Counted from the whole stretch's first letter, positions 9,754-18,472 are shown. The stretch is DNA of 63,008 nt, filler included, from Clostridia bacterium (GCA_041662985.1; 3 parts of 3 records of this genome joined end to end with filler, not necessarily neighbours in it), one strand, 5' to 3'. Made by a program: numbers and translations. The notes: generated from the sequence alone by a model not told the origin.

Positions 9754-11037
9754 ATGGGGATGTTTAACCTTCTTATGATTCAGCCGGAAAATCAAGAAAT
9801 CAATTGTTTTAGGCGTTTGCAATTTAACAACTTTTCGCAGATAACAATCCCTTATCTCGCGGCATTCGTTGACGAGCAATATTATGACTTAACACTCGTA
9901 GATGAGTACTGTCAGCGCATTCCCTATCGTAAGTCATTTGACCTTGTGGCGATTACAGTCAACACGCCCAACGCACCGCATTGCTACGAAATCAGTGCGA
10001 AATTCAGACAGAAGGGTACAAAGGTCGTTATGGGCGGTCCCCATGCCACACTTTTACCGCAGGAGGTTAAGGAACATTGCAATTATCTGCTCGTTGGCGA
10101 GGGTGAAGTTACGTGGCCGGAATTTCTCCGTGACTTTCAAAGCGGTATTCCGAAAGACGTTTATAAGTCCGACGACCCGCCTAAACTTTCGCATTTGCCG
10201 ATTCCACGTTGGGACTTACTTAAGCGTCGTCGTATGATGAAAGGAGCGGTTTTTGCAACACGCGGCTGCCCTTATAATTGCCGCTATTGTAACCTAAAGC
10301 AGATTTATCACGATTGCTTCCGAACGCGTCCGATACAAGATGTGGTGGAAGAAATACGGCGACTGCCATCCCGCTTCTTCGTCTTTTGGGACGACAATTT
10401 ATTTGCAGACATTGATTACGCAAAAAACCTGTTCCGTGCTATTGCTCCACAAAAACGAAAGTGGGCGGCACAAGCAACGCTTCGTGATTGCAAAGATGAG
10501 GAATTGCTCACGCTTGCCAAAGCCGCCGGTTGTACGTACCTGTTCATCGGGCTTGAATCGTTTTCGGAGGCTTCGCTCTCAGACGCAGGGAAAAACATCA
10601 ATAGGGTTCAGGATTACAAACCATTGATTGATTGTATCCATAACCACGGGATAATGGTTCAAGCGGGTATTGTATTCGGTTTTGACGGTGACACAAAGAA
10701 TGTGTTTGACGAAGCATTAATCGCTTGTGAAACCCTCGGCATAGACGGCGCGACGGTGAGCATTTTAACGCCATTCCCGAAAACGCCGATATATGAGCAA
10801 TTTAAGAAAGAAGGACGGTTACTTAGCGAAGACTGGAGTAATTATAACAGCAAGACAGTGGTGGCATTTCAACCTAAGAATATGACATCATCTGAGCTAT
10901 TTGATGGTTACTTACGCTTCCGGCGAAAATTTTTTTCGCTCGATTCATTTGTGCAAAGGATGAAAATCTCTAAGACTAATATCGCCATAAATTTCATACT
11001 AAACTTCGGATACCGGCTCGGCATTCGCAGAAATTAA
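9754..11037 (+). CDS. B12-binding radical SAM protein
   Basis: GGPHAT and VGEGE (cobalamin-binding domain), TRGCPYNCRYC (CxxxCxxC), IGLES. Confidence 0.9.
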   Translation: MGMFNLLMIQPENQEINCFRRLQFNNFSQITIPYLAAFVDEQYYDLTLVDEYCQRIPYRKSFDLVAITVNTPNAPHCYEISAKFRQKGTKVVMGGPHATLLPQEVKEHCNYLLVGEGEVTWPEFLRDFQSGIPKDVYKSDDPPKLSHLPIPRWDLLKRRRMMKGAVFATRGCPYNCRYCNLKQIYHDCFRTRPIQDVVEEIRRLPSRFFVFWDDNLFADIDYAKNLFRAIAPQKRKWAAQATLRDCKDEELLTLAKAAGCTYLFIGLESFSEASLSDAGKNINRVQDYKPLIDCIHNHGIMVQAGIVFGFDGDTKNVFDEALIACETLGIDGATVSILTPFPKTPIYEQFKKEGRLLSEDWSNYNSKTVVAFQPKNMTSSELFDGYLRFRRKFFSLDSFVQRMKISKTNIAINFILNFGYRLGIRRN

Positions 11038-11092
11038 TGTATGTTTCATGAATATTTGAATTAAAATAAAATATTAATACAGTTGCTCTTAC

Positions 11093-11157
11093 AAGCAACG
11101 GATTCCTGGTCCGTTGCTTTTTACATAAAAAATGCCGAAACCAATGGTTTCGGCATT
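11093..11157. repeat. Cassette-module copy M3: symmetric core site and perfect terminator hairpin
   Basis: AAGCAACGGA-TTCCTGG-TCCGTTGCTT (perfect 10-bp arms), then AATGCCGAAACC-AAT-GGTTTCGGCATT. Confidence 0.85.
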
Positions 11158-11198
11158 TAAACGGATTTTAAATTAAATGTGAGCGAACATAAAAATAT

Positions 11199-13733
11199 TT
11201 ATTCGATTACGAGTATCCAGTCATTTCCACCCGAGCTGTTCTGTGGTCTTGCTGGAAGATTAACCGTTCCCGTGTTTGAAAATATGCCTATGTCTCTAAA
11301 TTTATTGTTTGTCATATCAAACCATTTCAATGTCTTACTTCCGTTGAATTTTGCCATGTTAATCGTAATCGCCCTTGAAGTCGGTAGATATGTTATTGAA
11401 GAGGAATTGTCATTCGCAATTATTGTCGCTTCGTGTTCAAGAGGAACATTACCTGTGCCATTAATTATAAGTGTATGTGACTGATCGGGTTTGAAATCAT
11501 ACCATGATTTTGATCTTAAAAGCGATGTGAGATTCATTGTATCAATAAACGCAGGATCGCTCAGATGAGGATACCAGTATTCTTTGAGGCTTACACCGTA
11601 TGTGTACGTTGCCGGACCTCCGTTTACAGCAGCAAAATTTCTGCTTATATTGTTCCCATAGGTTATTCCCATTGCTCCTGAAAGAATTGACCAGGTTAGT
11701 GCACGCCTTACCCTTGATTGAGGATATGTCATTTCGTGATTAGGCTCAATCATTATCGATGGCTTTGCAGGAGTAATGTTATAGTCAATCAGCATAAGCT
11801 GAAAATTCTTAGGAGCATCCGATTCATCATTCTCGTGAACCTGCGTCATATTAAAATCCAACCATGGCTTTGTACCGAAGATAGTTGAACTGGATTTGCC
11901 CCCGCTCGGGAAGAATGAAATTAAATGGTTTGGGTCAGTTTCGCTTATTCCCCGAGCCATTTCGTTTATCATTTCAATTTCGGCCGTAGTCGGGTCAATA
12001 TCGCCGCCTGTAGCCCAAATAATATTCTTAAAATCCTTATAACGGTTTCCAAGATATCTTCCGAAACTGTATGAATTTTCAAGCGTGTATGACGACCTGT
12101 AGTGTTCCATGACCAATGGATTTATAATAACCTGAATTCCGTACTTTGCAGCCTCCTGAATTCCCCAGTCGATATTTTCAAAATATGCATCATTCGGAGT
12201 TGCGAGATCCACTCCCCCGCCAACAAACATATAGTTGCCCTCCCAGTTTGGCCTTGATGTTATGAAATATCCGCCTAGGAAACACAAAATCGTATTGAGG
12301 CCTTGTTGCTGCCTCTTTTCCAAATATGCAGTCACATCAGAACGCGTAGGATAGTTGAACATGCCATGTGCCGTATCGGCAAATACATAAAACGGATCGT
12401 TATTCTGATCGACAAGATATCTCCCGTTGGTACTGACTTTCAGAGGAAACGTTACGTTTGATGTTGAAGTAGGAGCAGGCGTAGGTGTATATTCAGGTCC
12501 GAGCGAAGGTTCCGGCGAAGATGATCCGCCCGGTGTTGGTGTCGGAGTTACCGGAAGATTTCTGTAATCTGCAATATCCTTAAATTCAACATAACTGTTG
12601 AAAGTATTGTTGATTTTCAAATAATTAATAAGAGTATAATCATTTTGACCCGGGATTGTAACCTCTAAACCGCCGCCAAGACCAATCCCTTCGAGTCCTG
12701 CATTGAAGGTGTTTCCTTTAATCTCAGCAAACGTAGCGAATTCTGTCCATCCTATCCCATAATCGACATTTGTAAATTGACAATTTATTACCGTTAAAAT
12801 ACTTCCGGTGCTGTTATCTCCGGCAATAATTCCATATCTTGAATCAGCAAAGTCTACATTATCAACAGTAATTTCCGATGTTGTTGATGAAGAGCAGACA
12901 AGACCTTTTGTCCGGGCTTTATTCAATGTACCTTTGGCACTTCCGTTTTTAATGGTTATATTTGTTTTACCCGAAGAAATCTGATATACGAAATTGTACC
13001 CGCTTCCCGGTGCAGTATTTTCAGCGGTTACATTGAGATTATCAACCGTTACATTATCCGAATTAATTGTAATCCCGGATGAAACAGCGGCTCCGTTTCC
13101 TACAATATAAACAGGATATTTTACTGTGAATCCGCCAAATGCTGCGGAAGCATTAAAAATAATAGTGTTTAAACTTGAATTATTCAATGCCGAAGTTAGT
13201 TCGGCATCATTGTTTACTGTTGTACCGATAATTTGTGTAGGTGTAGGAGACACAGATACCGTTGGTGTCGGGGATGGAGTTTTCGTAGGTGTTTTGGTCG
13301 GTGTTTTGGTTGGCGTCGGTGTCGGATTTATCTTTGCTTTTGTTCTAAATTTGATTGTAATTGCTTTTTTTAATATATTACCTGCTTTGTCTTTTACCGA
13401 ATATGCGGGAATGGACAAAACGTAATATGAGTTGTAAGACAGCAAGTATTTATGGGTTATTCTCAGATAATTTTTATAAATACTGCTTGAAATGGTTACT
13501 TTCTTATTGGATTTCGTCAATTTAATATACTTGAACTTTGTGCTCTTGTAAATATTCTCGCTGAATTTGATGCTTATTTTTACATTGACCGCCACTTTAG
13601 TTTTATTATTTGCAGGTGATGAGCTTTGCATCGCAGGTGCCTTCTTATCCGGTTTTGCGCTTACCCCTGAAATGAAAATTTGTGAAAACAACAAGGATAT
13701 AATACATAAGACTGAAATGAGTTTTTTAAACAT
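11199..13733 (-). CDS. Secreted multidomain protein: Big_5 Ig-like, beta-helix-like, DUF4038 (GH140/apiosidase-like) and C-terminal collagen-binding-like domains
   Basis: Signal peptide; IKFSENI..IPAYSVKDKAGN; PT linkers; LKVSTNGRYLVDQNNDPFYVFADT, NIIWATGGD, LKWFD...DWILVIE. Confidence 0.75.
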   Translation of the reverse strand: MFKKLISVLCIISLLFSQIFISGVSAKPDKKAPAMQSSSPANNKTKVAVNVKISIKFSENIYKSTKFKYIKLTKSNKKVTISSSIYKNYLRITHKYLLSYNSYYVLSIPAYSVKDKAGNILKKAITIKFRTKAKINPTPTPTKTPTKTPTKTPSPTPTVSVSPTPTQIIGTTVNNDAELTSALNNSSLNTIIFNASAAFGGFTVKYPVYIVGNGAAVSSGITINSDNVTVDNLNVTAENTAPGSGYNFVYQISSGKTNITIKNGSAKGTLNKARTKGLVCSSSTTSEITVDNVDFADSRYGIIAGDNSTGSILTVINCQFTNVDYGIGWTEFATFAEIKGNTFNAGLEGIGLGGGLEVTIPGQNDYTLINYLKINNTFNSYVEFKDIADYRNLPVTPTPTPGGSSSPEPSLGPEYTPTPAPTSTSNVTFPLKVSTNGRYLVDQNNDPFYVFADTAHGMFNYPTRSDVTAYLEKRQQQGLNTILCFLGGYFITSRPNWEGNYMFVGGGVDLATPNDAYFENIDWGIQEAAKYGIQVIINPLVMEHYRSSYTLENSYSFGRYLGNRYKDFKNIIWATGGDIDPTTAEIEMINEMARGISETDPNHLISFFPSGGKSSSTIFGTKPWLDFNMTQVHENDESDAPKNFQLMLIDYNITPAKPSIMIEPNHEMTYPQSRVRRALTWSILSGAMGITYGNNISRNFAAVNGGPATYTYGVSLKEYWYPHLSDPAFIDTMNLTSLLRSKSWYDFKPDQSHTLIINGTGNVPLEHEATIIANDNSSSITYLPTSRAITINMAKFNGSKTLKWFDMTNNKFRDIGIFSNTGTVNLPARPQNSSGGNDWILVIE

Positions 13734-13814
13734 TATAATTCCCTTTCATTTTCTAAAAATTTTTACGTGCGAATTCTGCACTAATCGTAACATATTCACT
13801 TTTGCAATACAATA

Positions 13815-14089
13815 AATTTTATCATTTTCTATTTGATGTGTAAACATATAATGGAAAATTTGTCAATATAAATGGATTGAAAATCCGTCGCCAGTCTAAA
13901 TAAAAAAACACCTAAATCATCTGAATTCAGCATCCTCATTTATTTCATAAATCAATAAATATCGAAAAGTTTAATGCGGTAAAAATGCGGAATTTCCCGG
14001 AAAATAAAAAAGCCCCGAAAAATAGATTTCAAGGACTTTTGGTATGCTCGGGGGGGTATTCGAACCCTCGACCTACGGATTAGAAGTCC
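13815..14089. repeat. Cassette-module copy M4 (complete, ends in tRNA-Arg 3' fragment)
   Basis: TTTACA-17-TAAAAT (13844-13816), core ATGGA-TTGAAAA-TCCGT (13872-13888), ATGCGG repeats, 14002-14055 identical to 18197-18250. Confidence 0.9.
14040..14089 (-). pseudogene. tRNA-Arg(TCT) 3' fragment (att-type duplication)
   Basis: Matches tRNA 18235-18282 from the CCA end through the anticodon loop, with a 2-nt insertion and one substitution; diverges 3 bp past the loop. Confidence 0.9.
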
Positions 14090-14159
14090 CAGGTTGTGCA
14101 AGATATGTAGCTGTGCTGTCCAAAGGAAGTATTTCACCTGGAGTAGCTGTGGGAATAGG

Positions 14160-14930
14160 TTAAGGCGTTACAAGAGTTCCGCCATCCTTTATTGTAATTG
14201 TTGCACTTTCACCGCGAAATGTTATAGTGACCGTTTTATCCCCATCTGCGATTCCGTTGGGTTTTGGCACTATATCAACGTAACTCTTAGGATAGTCGGG
14301 ATTTGAACCGCCAATATCGTAACCGACTACCACATTAACGAATCCGGCAATAAGCTCATAATCTACGCCGTTCACGGCCGTACCCGAGATATCATAAGAC
14401 ATCGGAGTGCATCCATCCGCATAAAAACCAGGGCTCAGTACAGAATAAAAATAAAATCTTCCTGTCCCATTACCGATTTCAGATGCATCATTTATCGCAG
14501 ATACATGAAAGGATATCATTGGTGCCGGTTTTGCTTTAGTTTTAAATTCAATGCAAACTGATTTTTTTAGATGATTACCCGACTTATCTTTAATAGCTTT
14601 AGAAGGTATATATAAATAATAGGTCGAATTATATTTCAAAAAATATGTATGTTTTATATAAACGGTATTTTTTGAAATTGATTTCTGAATTGATAATTTT
14701 GCATTTGATTTTGTAGTAAGTTTAATCTTCGAAAAATTCGCTCCCTTATAAATGTTCTCACTGAATTTTACGCTTAATTTCGAGTTGACCTCAATTCCCG
14801 TTTGTTTGTTGAATGGTGTCGTTGACCTTATGACCGGTGGCGTTGCATCCTTTGCAGAAAGCGGCGTTAAAATGTTTTGCGAAAATACAATCGATAAAAC
14901 GCAGATCATTGTTGCAATTTTTTTAAACAT
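14160..14930 (-). CDS. Secreted Big_5 Ig-like protein with Calx-beta-like C-terminal domain (probably truncated)
   Basis: Signal peptide, VKFSENI..IPSKAIKDKSGN, ISGTAVNGVDY..DGDKTVTIT..ATITIKD. Confidence 0.7.
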   Translation of the reverse strand: MFKKIATMICVLSIVFSQNILTPLSAKDATPPVIRSTTPFNKQTGIEVNSKLSVKFSENIYKGANFSKIKLTTKSNAKLSIQKSISKNTVYIKHTYFLKYNSTYYLYIPSKAIKDKSGNHLKKSVCIEFKTKAKPAPMISFHVSAINDASEIGNGTGRFYFYSVLSPGFYADGCTPMSYDISGTAVNGVDYELIAGFVNVVVGYDIGGSNPDYPKSYVDIVPKPNGIADGDKTVTITFRGESATITIKDGGTLVTP

Positions 14931-15135
14931 TTTTACCTCATTTCGTCTTCTTAGCTACAATTTGTTAAGATTACTATTTCATTGTTACCTAACTACTATT
15001 TTCTCTAAATAATTAATATTTCATTCACAATAATTGTTCTTTACGATTCTGTAAATATTTTAGCACTAATTGTAATTATCTACAAATTGATCGAATTTTA
15101 AAAAATCCAATCATTTAACCTCCGACTTACGCACA

Positions 15136-16167
15136 TTATTGCTTTGTTTCTGCATTATCGCCAATTCTCCTTTTCAATCTGCTTTTCTTACGTATAACAA
15201 ATGCTAATACAATTATTAAAACACATATTGCAGCTATTCCTAGAATATATGGAAGCGGAAATTTGTTGACGATATGTTTTTTGTCATTCAAAGAATACTT
15301 CAGTAATTCCTTCATAAGTATACCTGATTTATCAATTTTCTTTTCAAAATAGTTTTTAAATCCTTTGAAAGTTGCTATTGTTCCATTGTCGATTGATACC
15401 TTCCACACCTTTCCAAAGTCTCTTTTCAAAGAAATATAAACTTCATTTTTATCAGGTATAAAAACTATCGATGTCTGGGTCGGATAGGAACCGGATGTTT
15501 GTGCAGTATTATTCAGACACTGAAATGCATAATTCAGATCAAATTTTGAAATATTTTTTTCAATGTACTCAAATGCCTTTGCATATCTGTCAGAACCGAC
15601 TTGAAAAATTTGTGAATAATCATAAGTATTCAATACACTATTTGCAAAATTTGTCATTACCATAAATTTGTTTTTTATTTCTGATATCCGGGTTTCATTA
15701 TCATCTGACTCAACAACAATAGCTTTTCCGAATTTGTCCGCAAATTGGTCATGAATTGTAAGATAATGATTTACAACATTCTTGTTTTTAAGAAATTCTT
15801 TAATTTGATCAATATTTTCATAGCCATAAAGCATATTTACAGCCAAATCATTCATATCAATTTCATTTCTATTCATTTTTTGAACTGTTGGCATTGGCGG
15901 ATATTGCATTTGAACCGCCGTAAACAATCCCTTATTATTCATTCCTACTGTAGTTGCAAACCCATCGAAAATATTGAAATCCATATGAAATACTTTGAAT
16001 CCATTATATTCAGAAATAGCAAACCTTGTTTTAACTTCAGGATAGTCCCAATTCATTCCGTATACCGGTTCCTTCGAATATACCGAAAAGCTGGTACAAG
16101 CATTTGGTTTCAACGGAAATAATGAGATCAGAATAAAGATTATTGAAATAGTAATTGTTTTTTTCAT
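15136..16167 (-). CDS. Secreted Ntn-hydrolase (choloylglycine hydrolase/penicillin V acylase-like) with C-terminal membrane anchor
   Basis: Signal peptide followed by Cys nucleophile CTSF..YGMNWDY, GMNNKGL, MTNF; C-terminal TM and basic tail. Confidence 0.78.
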   Translation of the reverse strand: MKKTITISIIFILISLFPLKPNACTSFSVYSKEPVYGMNWDYPEVKTRFAISEYNGFKVFHMDFNIFDGFATTVGMNNKGLFTAVQMQYPPMPTVQKMNRNEIDMNDLAVNMLYGYENIDQIKEFLKNKNVVNHYLTIHDQFADKFGKAIVVESDDNETRISEIKNKFMVMTNFANSVLNTYDYSQIFQVGSDRYAKAFEYIEKNISKFDLNYAFQCLNNTAQTSGSYPTQTSIVFIPDKNEVYISLKRDFGKVWKVSIDNGTIATFKGFKNYFEKKIDKSGILMKELLKYSLNDKKHIVNKFPLPYILGIAAICVLIIVLAFVIRKKSRLKRRIGDNAETKQ

Positions 16168-16177
16168 AATATCCCTC

Positions 16178-17041
16178 TTATTTTATTGGTATATATAAAT
16201 CGTAGCTATTGATAATTCCGTCCTTATAAGCTTGATTAAGAACCTCTATTAAATCAATATGGTTTGCCAATTCGTATTCTGAATTAGTAAGCCAAACTCC
16301 ATAAATATAATCAAGTGCTTTATAGAAATTCTCAATATTATTTGCTTCTGTTAAGGTAAATACAGCATAATTTCCGGCCGGTATTTTCATAAAATCCATA
16401 TTATCGGGAATAGCATCAATACAATTTACTTCAAACGCTGCAAAATAATTAAATACGTCTTTATATGCGCTCTCATAAGAAATTCCATATGCCTTTGCCG
16501 GATCAACTTTATTTTCTATTTTCCATTCTTCATTAAGAAACTTCCACCAAAACTTATTAACAGTCATATTTTTATAATTGTCATTAAAAGTCCCCTTAGT
16601 TTTCGCCCCGATAAAACACATACTGGGGAGTGAAATGATTACCGGACCGGTAAAAAAAGCCTTATTTTTTTCAAATTTTCTTTCGTTCAAATTTACTTTC
16701 TCAAAGAAATCAAATTGGTTCCTTGATTTTCTGAACTTCGCAGGGGATATCCCAAAATTGTTTTTGAATGCTCTATCGAAAACAGCATGTGAATTAAAAC
16801 CATATTCCAAAGCTATCTTCGTTATAGTTACGTCAGTTTCTAAAAGTGCCTTTGCAATGAACGAAAATCTTCTTCTTTTTATATATTGTCCGACGGAACA
16901 GCCGACAAGCGCCTGAAATAGCCTTAAAAAATGAAATTTTGAGCAAAATGTTTTTGCTGCCAATAAATCAAGATTCAAATCATCACTTAAGTTTTCTTCG
17001 ATATAATTGATTGATTCTTGTATTGAATTTATATAATTCAT
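16178..17041 (-). CDS. AraC-family regulator with GyrI-like effector domain
   Basis: SINYIEENL..SKFHFLRLF..IALEYGF..FDRAFK..FGISP; C-terminal IPAGNYAVF..IYGVWL..LYIPIK. Confidence 0.92.
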   Translation of the reverse strand: MNYINSIQESINYIEENLSDDLNLDLLAAKTFCSKFHFLRLFQALVGCSVGQYIKRRRFSFIAKALLETDVTITKIALEYGFNSHAVFDRAFKNNFGISPAKFRKSRNQFDFFEKVNLNERKFEKNKAFFTGPVIISLPSMCFIGAKTKGTFNDNYKNMTVNKFWWKFLNEEWKIENKVDPAKAYGISYESAYKDVFNYFAAFEVNCIDAIPDNMDFMKIPAGNYAVFTLTEANNIENFYKALDYIYGVWLTNSEYELANHIDLIEVLNQAYKDGIINSYDLYIPIK

Positions 17042-17164
17042 TGTGCATCACTTATCTCCATAAAGTTCTCTCATATTTAATAATTATATCAAAGTTTTTA
17101 TAAAAAACTTTGCACTAATTGCCTAATATCCTATTAAACATTATTTAGTTGGTCTGTAATTTTA

Positions 17165-17295
17165 AAAAACGGACAGGATTATTGCTTCATCATGTCATTT
17201 CCTATTTAAGGATTAAACAAATAATAGAAAATAATGAGTTTATATCAAAAATTTTAATGCGGTAAAATGCGGTATTTCCCCAAAAATAAAAAGTG
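17165..17295. repeat. Cassette-module copy M5 (degenerate core plus ATGCGG repeats)
   Basis: TATCAAAAATTTTAATGCGGTAAAATGCGGTATTTCCCCAAAAATAAAAAG (17243-17293); degenerate core ACGGACAGGATTATTGCTT at 17169. Confidence 0.7.
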
Positions 17296-17365
17296 CCAAA
17301 GCCCTGAAAGTCTTGATACTAAACGCATGCCCAAGCAAGTTTTGACGCATGCGGAATAAAGTCAA

Positions 17366-17977
17366 CTAGATTCGTTCTCCAAATAATTCTTCGATTTTTG
17401 AATTACTCCCGACTGATTTTAGATATGCTGTGGCATAAGAAGTTACCTGTTCTTCTATACTGTCAAGGTAGCTTTGAGAAGGCTGGTTTGCAATATCCAC
17501 AAGATTTTGCGGAAACATTTTTTTCAAAGATTCATAGTTTTCCGATCCATCTAGAGGCTCCTGATATTCTTTTAATGAATATTTATTGTTCTTAGATATT
17601 TTTAAAGTAATTTTTATCGGCATTGGTCCTGAACCGCTCTTTACTATAAAGTTACCTTTTTTGAATCCATACCCTACACATGCCGCAACCGCATAGACAA
17701 TCTCATTTTCGCTGCTCCTTATATGTCCCAAAATGATATGACCTTCAGCAAGTGTCTTTATTCCTTTAAAGTATATACCCGGTTTATTATATGACATTAT
17801 CGCTTTTGAAACCGATTTGTCTAATTCGGCGGAAACCTTAACTTTCGGTAGGTTCATTGATGTAAGCGAATTTGTTATAATTATAGCCGATGTTATTAAT
17901 ATGGTTACCAATGCAATAATGACTATCCAAAAAGCAGGTTTTTTTGAAATTGCTGTTTTTTTATTCTCGATTATCAC
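17366..17977 (-). CDS. Membrane-anchored protein resembling the extracellular C-terminal part of BlaR1/M56-type proteins
   Basis: N-terminal KKPAFWIVIIALV..IITN TM segment; AEGHIILG..SG..PIKIT..EYQEPLDG..SLKKMFP; GTG start with AGGAGA RBS. Confidence 0.55.
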   Translation of the reverse strand: MIIENKKTAISKKPAFWIVIIALVTILITSAIIITNSLTSMNLPKVKVSAELDKSVSKAIMSYNKPGIYFKGIKTLAEGHIILGHIRSSENEIVYAVAACVGYGFKKGNFIVKSGSGPMPIKITLKISKNNKYSLKEYQEPLDGSENYESLKKMFPQNLVDIANQPSQSYLDSIEEQVTSYATAYLKSVGSNSKIEELFGERI

Positions 17978-18011
17978 AGCGCCGTCTCCTTTTTTGCGTT
18001 TACCTATTTAA

Positions 18012-18234
18012 GATTTTATCATTTTATACTTAAACCGTAAACATATATTGGTAAATAATAAGCCATGTCTACGGATTCCCAGTCCGTTTCTTCCCACATA
18101 AAAAACACCCAAATCTGATGACTTCGGTGTCCCAATATATTTCTTAAAACAATAAATATCGAAAATTTTAATGCGGTAAGAATGCGGTATTTGGGGAAAT
18201 AAAAAAGCCCCGAAAAATAGATTTCAAGGACTTT
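18012..18234. repeat. Cassette-module copy M6 (complete, adjacent to intact tRNA-Arg)
   Basis: TTTACG-17-TAAAAT (18041-18013), core ACGGA-TTCCCAG-TCCGT (18071-18087), hairpin 18105-18130, ATGCGGTA x2 (18171, 18182), terminator-like hairpin 18201-18235. Confidence 0.9.
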
Positions 18235-18311
<77 letters not shown>

Positions 18312-18314
18312 ATA

Positions 18315-18388
18315 TGGAGCGGGTAGCGGGAATCGGACCCGCGCAATCAGCTTGGAAGGCTGATGTTCTACCATTGAACTACACCCGC
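18315..18388 (-). tRNA. tRNA-Gly(TCC)
   Basis: GCGGGTGTAGTTCAATGGTAGAACA-TCAGC CT TCC AA GCTGA-...CCCGCTCCA. Confidence 0.96.
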
Positions 18389-18424
18389 AAATAAACGTCG
18401 CAACCTCATCGGTCAACTTAAAAT

Positions 18425-18453
18425 ATTATACAAGTTGCGCTTTCTTTTGTCAA
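18425..18453 (-). promoter_or_regulatory. Sigma-A promoter of tRNA-Gly/Arg operon
   Basis: Perfect TTGACA-17-TATAAT on minus strand. Confidence 0.85.
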
Positions 18454-18472
18454 TGTTGCTAAATTTTATCTG

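Larger units (their letters stand above)
3800..18234. mobile_element. tRNA-Arg-anchored accessory island / putative cassette array, no integrase in window
   Basis: Unrelated cargo between tRNA-Val and the tRNA-Arg 3' end; duplicated tRNA-Arg 3' half at 14040-14089; six copies of a repeated intergenic module; left boundary approximate. Confidence 0.7.

Noticed and set aside
13952..14137. 61-aa ORF over the tRNA fragment
   Set aside because: It is a translation of the tRNA fragment and module sequence, with no RBS or protein features.
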